The notes: a model not told the origin generated them from the letters alone. 60,124 nucleotides of DNA from Octopus sinensis (GCF_006345805.1 NW_021834417.1:1-60124), one strand, 5' to 3'. Shown: positions 36,178 through 49,407, counted from the stretch's first letter. Translations and numbers: made by a program.

Positions 36178-36876
36178 CAGTGCTACTCAAAATGGTGGTC
36201 CGCGGGCCGGTGCCGGTCCGCGAGCCTTCAACTGCCGGCACGCGGCGAGTTTCCAGAAAAGAAAGAAACATTATAAAATACTTATAAAATGCTTATGTAA
36301 TATTGTATTATTTATTTACCCTTTTACTTGTTTCAGTCATTTGACTGTGGCCATGCTGGGGCACCGCCTTTAGTCGAGCACATCGACCCCAGGACTTATT
36401 CTTTGTAAGCCTAGTACTTATTCTATCGGTCTCTTTTGTCGAACCGCTAAGTTACGGGGAACGTAAACAAACCAGCATCGGTTGTCAAGCGATGTTGGGG
36501 CGGGGGACAAATACAGTCACAAACATATATACACAGACACATACATACATACATACATAAGACGGGTTTCTTTCAGTTTCCGTCTACCAAATCCACTTGG
36601 TCGGCCCGAGGCTATAGTAGAATACACTTGCCCAAGGTGCCACGCAGTGGGACTGAACCCGGAACCATGTAGTTCGTAAGCAAGCAACTTACCACACAGC
36701 CACTCCTACACCAATAAATAAATATAAGATTTTAAAAAATTATCAACTTTTATTATATTCCTTATATATATATTGTTTCCGGTATAAACTGATATTACTA
36801 AGAAATATTACCGGTCCCTGGCACATTGGAAAAACAAACTGCCAGTACGCCACATCAGATAGTTTGAGAAGTACTA
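36178..36876. mobile_element. hAT/Charlie-like MITE containing a SINE B insertion
   Basis: TIRs CAGTGCTACTCAAA / TTTGAGAAGTACTA; 8-bp flanks GTCTAGAG and ATTTAGAG (NTCTAGAN-type target). Confidence 0.75.
36318..36708 (-). mobile_element. SINE family B nested in the MITE
   Basis: Full head-to-tail match. Confidence 0.9.
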
Positions 36877-36984
36877 ATTTAGAGGAGTGTATATTTTACA
36901 GTGCAAGTGTATAGTTTACGATGTAACAATTTTATTTTCTAGTCTGGTATACGCAACTAAGGTAGTATTTAATTAAAATAGCCC

Positions 36985-37170
36985 TTTCTATAGCACACTT
37001 GATCTATACATACCGTTGATAAGCCAGTATTACTGCAGTATTTTCCCCGAGATAACATCTCTGATGTTTAGTGTGTTTTTAACAAAGCAAACGCATAAGA
37101 GATGTTATCTCAGAATAAATACCGCAGTAACAGGCCTATCGACCGCGTATATATTTTAAGTATGCTATCT
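36985..37170. mobile_element. Small foldback element
   Basis: Perfect 14-bp GAGATAACATCTCT / AGAGATGTTATCTC within longer imperfect arms. Confidence 0.55.
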
Positions 37171-37499
37171 AGAGGAATATATTTTTATGGAGCTACTAAA
37201 TATTTTTCTAGTAAAGCCAGTAATATAGTACTAGTTACTATTTTATAGTGACAGTGTATATTTTGGAATGTAATTATATATTTGATAGTGTTTACGGATA
37301 TTTTATAATGTATCTATATATTTTATGGTGTTTATGGATAAACTTATAGTGTTGGTGAATAATTCATAGTGTAAGTTAATATTTCATGGCGTATGTATGT
37401 ATTTATAACGATCTTCAGTATTTGAAGGTGTAACTTTATATTTCATAATGATCAGATATTTTATTGCATTAGTGTATATTTTAGGATGCAGATGAATAT

Positions 37500-37640
37500 C
37501 TAAGAGTTTGTAACGCCTTTCTATAGAAGAGCCTAAGCTCGAAACGTCAAAAACTCTTCCATTTCTCCTGAGCGTCAAACTTATACACTTCGTTGTTTCC
37601 TCAACTGTCAGTCTTGTTTTTTTGTACAATTTTGAATCAT
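37500..37640 (+). repeat. Short dispersed repeat, HHR-like family (core CTATAGA)
   Basis: CTTT-CTATAGA-A-GAGC(CTAA)GCTC-GAAAC-GTC-AAAA at 37517-37552. Confidence 0.65.
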
Positions 37641-38148
37641 ATAGGACACGCGTGAGCTCACACATACACACACTATAGTCCTTATGGATGGAAATTTTAG
37701 GGTGATAGACATTTTAAATCAGCAGTGTCATGAAATTGCCGGATAGAATGTATTGAGCTATTTATTCCAACTGTCTGCACTCTGAATTCGAATTCTGTCG
37801 CTGTCAACCATGCCTTTTATCCAACTGAGGTGGATAAGGTTCTAGCCGAGTACGAAGGTTGATTCCTCCTCCTCTCCCTCTCATTCCACCTCTCCCTTAT
37901 TTAATCGGTTGCATTACCCCGTGTGAAGTCTCGTGAGAGATTACTCTCAGCATTCATTTAGTCTCCAGAAAGAAAAAAAAACACTGTTAGGCTAAATGAA
38001 CAGTCAAAGAACGGTTTGATGTACAATACAGCACGGAACGAAAGTAATCATTGATAATCAAAAATATAGATATTTCATCTTTTAAAGTTTACCTCAGTGA
38101 ATTTTTCTTTAGAATTCAGAGCCAGCACTGGAAGTCGCGATGCTTCGT

Positions 38149-38577
38149 ATACTCTTTACTCTTTTACTTGTTTCAGTCATTTGACTGCGGCCATGCTGGT
38201 GCACCGCCTTTAGTCGAGCAAATCGACCCCAGGACTTATTCTTTGTAAGCCTAGTACTTATTCTATCGGTCACTTTAGCCGAACCGCTAAGTTACGGGGA
38301 TGTAAGCACATCAGCATCGGTTGTCAAGCAAATTTGGGGGGACAAACACAGACACACACATATATATATATATACATATATACACACATATATACACACA
38401 TATATATACACATATATACGACGGGATTCTTTCAGTTTCCGTCTATCAAATCCACTCACAAGGCTTCGGTCGGCCCGAGGCTATAGTAGAATACACTTGC
38501 CCAAGGTGTCACACAGTGGGACTGAAACCGAAACCATGTGGTTGGTAAGCAAGCTACTTACCCCACAGCCACTCCTA
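38149..38577 (-). mobile_element. SINE family B
   Basis: Full head-to-tail match. Confidence 0.9.
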
Positions 38578-39509
38578 GAAAAAATAAGTGATGGGTGTAT
38601 ATGCATATTTCAAATGTTATTGCTCTTTCATCAGCACCAAATCCAACCCATCAATTAACCACGATTGCATTGCTTAAATACCCACTAAGTTTAGCGGTGT
38701 AACACTATTCCATAGACCAATTTACGTATTAAACACATTCCTGGCAACTGGTACATAAACATTAATTGCTAGCAATGATACGATATTTCGTTCTACAACC
38801 ATAATATGCTAGAACTAAACTTAGAAATGCGAACATCGCACTACTAACACAAAAGTAAGAAACAATATTGACTTGTAAACATTTGAATATACTTAATAGT
38901 ATATTATGGTTACAAAACGATACACTGTCGCCTTGCTAGCAATTACGATATTTTATAGTATTAATAAATATTTTAAGTTACTAATGGTTATTTCATAGCG
39001 CTAATGGATATTTTACTGATCTGGAAAATGTTTCCAAAGCTAATGTATTTTAAGAGTCAATCCTTTTCTATCTGCTTTTAGTATGTAAGTGAAGAAAATG
39101 TTTGCTACAAATATGATTTTGGACAAATATTGCAATAATGCTACATTTTATAGGAAAGGTCTTTCACAGCCAATGGCTGACTTCCTATTGATTTGACTCC
39201 AGTCAACATTTTCGATAGCAGTGAGTAATTTGAGGAAACCTTACTTCTTTTGTTGATCTCAAGGATTTAGTAGATCTTTCTATATAGTAAGTAATAAGTA
39301 ATACATAAAGCATAAGTTTCTGATGTTGCATTCTCTCTTAATAGAGCTGTCAACTTCTGCCTCGTAGGATATATGTTCAAGTATAGTTATCTGATGCTGA
39401 TGTTTAGTACTGAGTCAACTAAACATACATATACACATATGTATGTATAATACACATACATACACACACAAACACACACATACATATATCCATAGGCAAG
39501 TCAACATAT

Positions 39510-39680
39510 ACATACATACATACATACATACATACATACATACATACATACATACAAACATACATACATGCACGCACGCATGCATACATACATACATACA
39601 TACATACATACATACATACATACACATACATACATACATACATACATACATACATACATACATACATACATACATACATA
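39510..39680. repeat. (TACA)n microsatellite
   Basis: Direct inspection. Confidence 0.95.
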
Positions 39681-40324
39681 CATGAGTGTGTTGGTCTGTG
39701 CGCGTGTGTGTAAAGAGAAGATATTCTAGTTCTGTGGAAATTCAACATAAATTTACACTTCATGGCTTATGTTTTTTTCGTCGTTGCGGGTGTATATAAC
39801 CTAGCTAAACTCGAATTTCTTTTCTTTGCTCCCAGACCGAAGATGCTTCTGTTTGTGTTTTCTAAATATATCCAGTTTCCAGATACACAACTGTCTCCCG
39901 ATATAAAATATATCACATAGTAGTCTTTACAACAGATGACATTGTATATTGTACCAGCAACAATATCGTTCTGTATAAGAAGGTAGAAATTTGATGATAT
40001 TTTTGGTTAGTTGCTGATCATATGTGTAATGTCTTTCACAGAAACGTGATATAATTGTCATTTTCGTTCGCATCTTGGGAATATTAGTACCGTTCTCAAA
40101 TTTAGTAGGAACTTACCCATGCATAACATTTTGTTTTATACAAAATTGTTTTCCCCTCCTGGGCTTTGAAGAGATACTAAAGTCCAACAGTTCTGAGATC
40201 GGATTGAACCTCATTGAGAACCGAGTGCTTCTCTTTCGAAACATAGGATGTAGTTCTCTTCAGTTGGTTACTGTACGTGGTTCTGCCGGGTGTTTTTTTT
40301 TTTCAGCAGATTCTACCTCAAAAG

Positions 40325-40540
40325 ATATTAGTTTCAAATTTTGGTACAAGGCCAATTTCGAGAGAGGGAGTAAGTCGATTATATCGACCCCAGTGTTCAG
40401 CAGGTACGTATTTTGTCGACCCCGAAAGGATGAAAGGCAAAGTTGGTCTCGGTGGAATTTGAACGCAGAACGTGAAGACGGACGAAATGCCACTAAGCAT
40501 CTTGCCGGAATGCTCATGATTCTGCCAGCTCACCACCTTA
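40325..40540 (-). mobile_element. SINE family A, short-tail, diverged
   Basis: CCCGAAAGGATGAAAGGCAAAGT body in reverse orientation. Confidence 0.8.
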
Positions 40541-40688
40541 ACGATACTTAATATTGAATAACCTATCTTAAGCCTCTTCTCTCATTTTCTTCTAAGGCAG
40601 AGCATCACAGTATCTGTGGAAGCTTCAAATTGATGTGGAGATCTTGTTGAGATATAATATCAACAGAACGGATTTCCACATTAGACTA

Positions 40689-41216
40689 CCGTAAATCCTC
40701 GAGTATAATCCGCATTCCCCCCCAAAAAAAATTTAAAGGTCAAAATCCCTAGTGCGTACTAACTATATACGAGGTTAAAAAGAAAAATACTTTCTAAGCA
40801 ATGTCCGAATCTCTATTTGCTGTCCGGCAATGTTTATTCAGGCGCATTTTGTGATGTCAGGCACAAAAATACCTTAAGCTAAGCTTGAAAGCAATGAAGT
40901 CATAAAAGAATCATCCATAACTTGCAGTAAGCAACATTTATTAAAATAAAAGTATTCAGAACACAGAATAACATGTAATAAAAACAATTTGCTAACATAT
41001 TTACATTCCCATATAACAGTTAAGAACATCACCATTATTGTATTACGCATGCACGGAAGTGCTTATTCGACTAGGTGCTGCTGGCTTAATTATGCACGAC
41101 TCAAATTAGAGAAGGGGTGCGTATTATACACAAGGTTTAGGTTTTTCAGAAGTACAGCCCCCTAAAAATCCCCTGCGTATTATACTCAAGGGCGGACTAT
41201 ACTCGAGGATTTACGG
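40689..41216. mobile_element. pogo/Tigger-type MITE
   Basis: 25-bp TIRs CCGTAAATCCTCGAGTATA(A/G)TCCGC with 1 mismatch; TA on both flanks. Confidence 0.9.
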
Positions 41217-41490
41217 TAGTTAGGAAACATTTTTCAAAGCGTTCAACAATCAACTAAGAGCATTTCGTATTTCTTTTGGTCAAATTCCTTTTGGTCCTTC
41301 GTATAACAGACGGAAATAGTAAGTCTAGCAATTTCCGAGCATCGTAAATTTTTTTCCAGTTTACCAGTTTACGTCTTTAGCACATCAAGAAAGGAAATAT
41401 GAGTTATATTAGTGTTTCTTGTTATTGCAGACCCTAGCGTATAACCACTGATGTTTTGTAGAAGTAAATGACAGTATATATACATATATA

Positions 41491-41705
41491 TATATATTTA
41501 GTGTAGGAAGAAATGGAGCTGAACGAAGATTTAACAAAATTCCTTTTTATTATTTTCTACATTATTTTCTACATTATTTTCTACATTATTTTCTACATAT
41601 GTTTCAAAGGCTGCAAAGTCCCTATGAAACATATGTAGAAAATAATAAAAAGGAATTTTGTTAAATCTTCGTTCAGCTCCATTTCTTCCTACACTAAATA
41701 TATAA
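41491..41705. repeat. Near-perfect inverted repeat with ~80-bp arms
   Basis: TATTTAGTGTAGGAAGAAATGGAGCTGAACG... mirrored exactly; the left arm has extra TTATTTTCTACA 12-mers. Confidence 0.9.
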
Positions 41706-41870
41706 ACTTCAAATTTCCGCACTAAGGCACGGGTTTGAGACCCCATGGTCGTAACCTCAACCGTGATTTTTCTGTTGTGATTTTTGCTACCCAGGTATCG
41801 GTTATCTTTTGAATAATCCGTAACAAGATAATTCATTTATTCATTTCAATATACATATATATATATATAT

Positions 41871-41904
<34 letters not shown>

Positions 41905-42412
41905 ATATAACAAGTAATCAGTGTTAAATATATATATATATTCATGTTACAACCTTCTGTTGGTATCTAAGTTCCCGATTCTGTTGCGCAGTTTGTTGAC
42001 ATTTTCTTCTAGTTTTGTAATCCACAAGGCTTGCTTACGTTAATTTATTCCATATAACAAGTATCTACTCGGAGTCCTTTCAGAGTAATAACAGCTGTAC
42101 AAGGCAAGTAGTAGTATTCGGCTGTATGTGTTATCTCGTTTACATATAGTCTCTCCAGCGATATTGTCAATAACTACAAACAGGAAAAATTGTTTTTTGT
42201 ATTTTTGCTCGTACTCTCGTCAAAAATTGTGCTATCTAATGACAACTTACAGGAACTGGATAAAATTATTCTCAAGCTGCTGTTTAAAATTGTTTTTTAG
42301 TCGTATAAATTCTATAGTCAACGTTGTTGGATCAATTTCATATGAATATATATGAGTGTTGAGTGACGGTGATGAGGAAGGTGATGATGTCAGCGGTTTC
42401 TTTTTTCATTTT

Positions 42413-42444
<32 letters not shown>

Positions 42445-42667
42445 TTTTTTTGTTCTTTCCTTACATTTTTACAACACTCATCTACGGCAGCTGTTGGCTG
42501 GTTTTGAATGTCTTTTGAAAATCGGCTAAAATCACAGGAACTGGAATAGCAATTGTAAAGTGTGACAGCAATTTTTCGGACAATCAACTTTTGGGTGGTT
42601 TCTCATCCTTTTGCCACCCAGATTATTGTTTAAAAATATAAAGCTTATACAGTCATACGCTTTTGAA

Positions 42668-42895
42668 TTCTTTTATTCTTTTACCTGTTTCAGTCATTTG
42701 ACTGCGGCCGTACTGGAGCACCGCCTTGAAGGGTTTTTAGTCGATCAAATCGCCCCGGGGACTTATTTTTAAAGCCTAGAATTTATTCTATCGACTTCTT
42801 TTGCCGAACCGCTAATTACGGGGACGTAAACACACCAACACCCGTTGTCAAACGGTGAGGGAGACAGGGACAAACACAGACACATACAGATACAC
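42668..42895 (-). mobile_element. SINE family B, 3' half
   Basis: Tail and body only. Confidence 0.75.
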
Positions 42896-42906
42896 ACACA
42901 CACACA

Positions 42907-42963
<57 letters not shown>

Positions 42964-43439
42964 CTGTACTTTTCAGCCAAGAGCTGAAACAGCTGTAAAT
43001 TATTTTCCCAATTTATATTCATATATGTTATATTGTAATAATTACTGGTATCTTTATATATTAATATATTTTAATATATGTATATTAATATTATATATTA
43101 ATATATGTATTTTATATGTAAAGCATAATATGTGATATATGTATGTATAGTCTTGTAATTGTCATTTTAGTAAATAAATAAATGAATTGACATAATATAA
43201 TGTCTAAAAGTTGAACCACCTATTGATTCCCTCCATTTTCTTATTGCTATATAAATTAATGGTAAAATATCTCTTTACCTTCACCCATTTAGTACATTAG
43301 GTAATGTAATTGCAAGGCTATAAAAAACACTTGTGTATTAATAATTGGGTATTCTACCAGCAGTATATCAGACAGATATTATCCCTTAGTTGGTTGGATT
43401 CACAACCTCTAACTTTCTTGAAGTTATCTATCTACGAGT

Positions 43440-44110
43440 CGGTTTATCAGCTGAGTCTATCGTTAATATTGTCACGCCTCCCTCCTTCAAACGGGAAGGA
43501 AGAGCTATTTTCATCATCCTTGTGGCTATGGCGAAAGAATGTATCTGGTGGACGCGTCTGAAAGGATTGGAGACAAACACTTTCCTCTCTGGTCAATCTC
43601 TCATCAACTTCTTCAAGTACCACTTGAAAAGGAAAGTGAGAGTAGAGAGGCAAGTTTTGTCTACCGAATGTTTTAAAAAAAGATGGGTGAATGTAGCAAG
43701 GATGGCACGTATGAATGACGAAGCCACCTTGAGCATGATCCTATGAACCCAGAAATTGAAAACAGAGAGTTGCTTATTTGCAAAAAAAAAAAAAAAAGAA
43801 ATATAACATGTGACTTCATTGACCGAGGTTACCGTGGTCTTTTCCGTAGGCTTTTCTTTCCACGGGTAAACCTCACCTGTCCTCCCCTTTACACTTCATA
43901 TTGACATTTCTGTGATAACGATCCCTATTGATCAATTTTTTTTTCCTCTCCCCCTTTTTTTAACCCCCCTTTTTTTGTCCTCTTTCTCTCCTTTTACGAT
44001 CCCTTTTGATCGAAACTCCCCCTTCCTTTTTTTTTTTAAACCTTCAAAAGAAAAGCTCTACCTTGTAATTTGTTCTATCTGTGTGCAGCCCGTGTGGCTA
44101 ATAAAGAAAC
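43440..44110 (+). mobile_element. L1/Tx1-like LINE 3' end (ORF2 C-terminus plus 3' UTR)
   Basis: ORF ...FIILVAMAKECIWWTRLKG...LINFFKYHLKRKVRVERQVLSTECFKKRW...; UTR ends AATAAAGAAAC directly before (ATCT)n; paralog at 52578-53182. Confidence 0.7.
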
Positions 44111-44111
44111 A

Positions 44112-44155
<44 letters not shown>

Positions 44156-44180
44156 GATCTATCTATATATATATATATAT

Positions 44181-44293
<113 letters not shown>

Positions 44294-44619
44294 GTTGTAT
44301 TTCGGGAAGGTCATTTTTTTTGCCAAATAAAACACACGTACTATACATATATATTTTCTTCACTTGTTTATTACTGTTCTTATTTTATTATTTTAACTCA
44401 TGTCCATTGTTCGGAAATCTTTAGTCACACATCTGTGACCTCTTCAACGACACTTTTCGCTTACGTGTGGGTTCTTGCTCCACTTACTCCATTCTGTTCT
44501 TCTAGGATGTGTATCCTTATGTGCACATACGTTTGTGTCCTTGTTGGTGTGTGCGTGTGTGTTTGTGTGTATGTGTGCGTGTGAGTGTGTGTGTGTAGTT
44601 GAGTTTTACTGTACTTTTC

Positions 44620-45900
44620 AATTCTGTATGGAATTTCGCGAGGGAATTTCTCAAGCCAGAAATTTATTGCTTCTAGTCTATATTGGTGTGTAGTTGCGGT
44701 ATAGAGGTTTACCACATCAAAAGATACAATAGTGGTATCACTGTTTATGGATTTTGGAAGGTGGTTTAACAAGTGCAGATCGTCCGTCACAAGACTTGGT
44801 ATGAATTTTAAAATAGGTTTCAATAATATATCTAAAAAGCTGCTCAGTCTGTGTGTTTCACAGTTCGGGCCTGCTACGATTGGTCTAAATTTAAGGTCGG
44901 TGGGACATTGTATGTTTATGCAACTTGAAGTTGGTTCTTTACACGCATTCGTAATAGTTTGGTTCTCATGGATTTTGGGGTGACCATAGAAGTAGCTAGT
45001 CTTGCAATCAAAATAGGTTAGGTAGTCACATTCTTTGTTTGTTAAACCATTTTGATGTCTGTGAATAACTGTGTTCAGATTAGTCATTGTCTTTGATTTT
45101 TGGTAATTATTTACCTCTTTTTAGTGGACCATGTCTTACAATATACATAGTACATCTCTTTCGTACGTTCTGTATCCATAATAACTATAGCACTTCCCTT
45201 ATCTGCTTCCTTAATTATAATGTCGTTATTGTTTTTCAGCTCATGTATAATATCCCATTCCTTTCGACTTGTATTGAGCTGGATTTTAGGGTGTTGAAGT
45301 TCTTTGTAAGGGAAGGTAGATATAAAATCACAAAATTTAACTAAAGCTTTATTCTTACCTTTCATAGGCTTGTAATTGCTCTTATTTTTACAATCGAATC
45401 GTCCCTGATTTCTTTATCGTACAATTCTTCTGTTAGGCGTGGTTTTCTAAAGAACGGTGAAATATCGTTCTGTATTTTCCTTGGAGCTAGGGTGCTACGG
45501 TGTTGGGGTAAATTTTAGGCCTTTTGACAAAATATTAATTTCTTCTACTGAGAGAGTTTCTTTTTTTTCTTTTTGCATATTTTAATTATCTTTGGTTTGT
45601 TAATTTCCGTTTGTACCATCTGGTGTCGAGAACTCCGTTTGTTGGATCTAAAAAATGATTTTTCGAAGTTTTCATTTAGTTACCATTTATATATCCGAGG
45701 ACATATATATATAAAACATGGCACAAGAAAAAACAAGGACGGGTCATTCGGAGTTTTATTTCCTCAGTCGAGTCCCAGATTATCTTTGCAATTTCGGCTG
45801 GTTATACTTGAGATTGCTCCAATCTGGCCAGCCCCAAGGAAAAACTAAGCTAAGACCACTAGATTCCTTGGAAGAAAGCAGCGAATATATACGAAAATAA
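44620..45900 (-). mobile_element. Penelope-like element, decayed reverse-transcriptase ORF
   Basis: LSKGLKFTPTP; IIIKEADKGSAIVIMD; FYGHPKIH; LKFRPIVAGPNCETHRLSSFLDILLKP; VSFDVVNLYT: characteristic PLE RT motifs. Truncated at the 3' side by (CA)n. Confidence 0.9.
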
Positions 45901-46043
45901 GGATGGAAAAAAAAACGGAAAAATGGTACACAAATACAAATGCAAATAACAGGACTTTAACAACAGGTGTCTTTGGATTAACCCACACACTCATATATGT
46001 ATGTGTGTATGTATATATGTATGTATACATATATATATATATC

Positions 46044-46075
<32 letters not shown>

Positions 46076-46237
46076 CTATATATATATATATACATACATA
46101 CGCGCACACACACACACACTCATATATATCTGTGGCAAAGATACGCACATCAGGCATCGCCTGGTGCTTCTCAATACGGATCTAAAGGAAATCAAGACAT
46201 GCTGACACGAATTTTGAGCCATGGTGCAAAACTAATT

Positions 46238-46627
46238 ACTCTTTCTCTTTTACTCTTTTACTTGTTTCAATCATTTGACTGCGGCCATGCTGGAGCACCG
46301 CCTTTAGTCGAGCAAATCGACCCCGGGACTTATTCTTTGTAAGCCCAGTACTTATTCTATCAGTCTCTTTTGCCGAACCGCTAAGTAACGGGGACGTAAA
46401 CACACCAGCATCGGTTGTCAAGCAATGCTAGGGGGACAAACACAGACACACAAACACACACACATACATATATATATATACATATATACGACAGGCTTCT
46501 ATCAGTTTCTGTCTACCAAATCCACTCACAAGGCTTTGGTCGGCCCGGGGCTATAGCAGAAGACACTTGCCCAAGATGCCACGCAGTGGGACTGAACCCG
46601 GAACCATGTGGTTGTTTAGCAAGCTAC
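46238..46627 (-). mobile_element. SINE family B
   Basis: Full head-to-tail match. Confidence 0.9.
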
Positions 46628-46721
46628 TTACCACACAGCCACTCCTGCCTAATTGTGTAACATATGTGATGATAGTGATGTGGCGGTGGTGATAGCGGTG
46701 CAATTACTACTGGTGTAGCTG

Positions 46722-46724
<3 letters not shown>

Positions 46725-46780
<56 letters not shown>

Positions 46781-46810
46781 AATGATGATGATGATGATGA
46801 TGATGATGAT
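46725..46810. repeat. (GAT)n microsatellite
   Basis: Direct inspection; source of the poly-Met ORF. Confidence 0.95.
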
Positions 46811-47336
46811 TGTGGTCGTCATTGTCATCATCATCATCATCGTCATCATCATAATTACAATCATCATGGTTATGGTGGTGCTATTGCTGCTACTGCTGTT
46901 GATGAAAATGATGATTGTGATGATCAGGACGATGGTGATGATTAGGAGGAGGGAAGAAGGAGGAGGACTCGGTTGATGACGTAGACCGCCGTCTTTAAAC
47001 CGTCAAGAATATTTCAGTCTGAAAAAGTGATGGAAAAAAACATTTATCGAGCTGTTAACACTTCAACTTTACTTGCGGTTCCACCTTGTTTAAAGGAAAA
47101 AAGAAAAAGAAAAGAAAAAAGATCAAATAAAATGTAGGAAAACAAAACTGAAAACAACGTCTCTAACGCTTTTATCTATGTTCGTCAGCATATGCAGTAT
47201 TTGTCAGTTTGTTTAAAGGACAAGAGTGTTAGGACCATCATGAGTCAAATAAAGGCCGAACATAGACTAAGCTATATCAAACAGAAAATATCAACAATCA
47301 TTTTTTTTTCGTTTGAGGGGCTGAAAGAGTGAGGCA

Positions 47337-47380
<44 letters not shown>

Positions 47381-49112
47381 TATGTATGTATAAAGTAAAG
47401 CAAAAGGAAAGTTTGCTCATATAGCATTTAGTCATATCATCTTACGCACGTTTCATTAACAATGACTAAAAATCAGGCTGTTTGAAGAAATTCTCATCTG
47501 GTTACATTGTCAAGTCTTCAGAGATTGCGTAAACTTCAGTAGTAATCTTTAGTATTCATGCTGGGTATGTGTGTATGTGATTATAATGCTCGTAACAGAG
47601 TGAAATTTAGTAGGGGCACCCAAGAGAGCAATGGTGGTGCTGGTAAACCGAGTGACGGATTAACTGATTATTTCTACCATTCTAACAAGAGAAATTATTC
47701 TTTGAACAAGCAAGAGTTCTACCAAAAGAAACAAGTTGACTTTCATCTGGAACCGAAATCTCATTGCGGAGGTCCCGGTTGTTTGTAGAGTTCACCTTTT
47801 ATGGTTAATAGCATGCTGAGATACGGCACGGTTTCAGTTCCCCGATGAGTCCGATAGATTTCTTTTTCACCATTGGTTATGCGATATATATATATATGAG
47901 AGTTAGAGGTTGAAAAACCAACTAAGGGATAGTAACTATCCAGTATACTGCTGGTTGTGTACCCAATTATTCATAGCCAAGTGCTAGTTATTGCATGGCA
48001 ATCTCGCAATTAAGTATTATATATGGGCAGAGGTAAACGAATGGTTTACCCTTGATTTATACAACTAATAAGAAAACGGAGAGGATATAAAATCGATAGA
48101 CATCAGCCAGTAAACATTCCAGTATGTCTATTTATTCAAATATATTAGATGAATGCAAACACATGTATTAGTGGTACAGATTATCAAGTGGAAAATGCTG
48201 GTTATTACATAAACAAGGGTGAGAAAATATATAAGCATATACAAACAAGTGAGCAAATGAGCAGATTGGCAAGAAACTGAATGGGTGTGCAGGTGCTAGT
48301 TCCTTACAGCCGTTTCTGCTAAGAGGCAACGAAATTTCCAGGCTATCTCCATCTCTTCAGTGTTATGCAGGGATGAGCAGACAAGGCTTGGAAAATGGAT
48401 GTGCCCGTAGGTTGATTTGTTTATAGTGCCACAAATGATTTGTTTATACTGATCCTGATGAAATGCTTTGCTGTGCATTAGCTCATTTCCTATCTCATAT
48501 CGACATTGCCTGTAGAAACCTACAATGAACAAGTCATGTCACAGACACTAAATTATAAATTTCACTGGGTGCAGCCTTAAAGCTGACACCACTCCGCTAA
48601 CCGCAGAAAATTTGTCTCGGTGTTAGCTAAAAATATAGAGTTTTCTCCGATCTTTAAACCTCTGTAACTCTTTCCCTCAATTTTTTCCTCCACAATCTTA
48701 TACCTTCATAGCATTGAGGCTGGAAGACTACATTATTATAGCTGATTTTTAGATTTTTTACTTCCTTTTAAAACAATGCATATTTTGCGAATGAAATTTG
48801 TTTATACTGATTCTGATGAAATGCTTGTGCTGCATCATTCCCTGTCTCATATCGACATTGCCTGAACAAGGTACACGATGTGCCACGCGTCAGGCGTCCA
48901 AGTGATCGCAGAGCAACAACGTGAAACGAAGTGTTTTGCTCATGAACTCAACGCATCTCCGGTCCAGGAAGTGAAACCGCGATCTAAGTCATGCACCCTC
49001 ACATACATAGAAACATGCATATACTTAAATTTACATCGATGTATTTGTGCATATATGTACATACATGTTTATATGTATGTAGGTATGCATGTATGTATGT
49101 GTATATGTATAT

Positions 49113-49147
<35 letters not shown>

Positions 49148-49151
<4 letters not shown>

Positions 49152-49373
49152 CTTTACTCTTTTACTTGTTTCAGTCATTTGACTGCGGCCATGCTGGAGC
49201 ACCGCCTTTAGTCGAGCAAATCGACCCCGGAACTTATTCTTTGTAAGCCCAGTACTTATTCTATCGGTCTCTTTTGCCGAACCGCTAGGTGACGGGGACA
49301 TAAACACACTAGCATCGGTTGTCAAGCAATGCTAGGGGGACAAACACAGACGCACACACACACACGTACACAT

Positions 49374-49407
<34 letters not shown>

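Larger units (their letters stand above)
35860..37400. repeat. Degenerate ~20-bp minisatellite (TATATTTTATAGTG-like), split by insertions
   Basis: Similar units at 35950-36170 and 36885-37400. Confidence 0.6.

Noticed and set aside
40215-40263. Minus-strand CTGAAGA...GAAA hammerhead candidate
   Set aside because: No NUH triplet or stem I can be formed; it lies in probable decayed LINE sequence.
39000-40270. Possible CR1-like RT remnant on the minus strand
   Set aside because: Only vague motif resemblance in manual translation; not supportable without a profile search.
47558-47788. 76-aa ORF with CDYNA, loosely like an APE endonuclease GDFNA motif
   Set aside because: A single degenerate motif; insufficient evidence.
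48420-48865. CTGATGA followed by an AATGC/GCATT stem, two copies
   Set aside because: No GAAA follows the stem; local duplication only.
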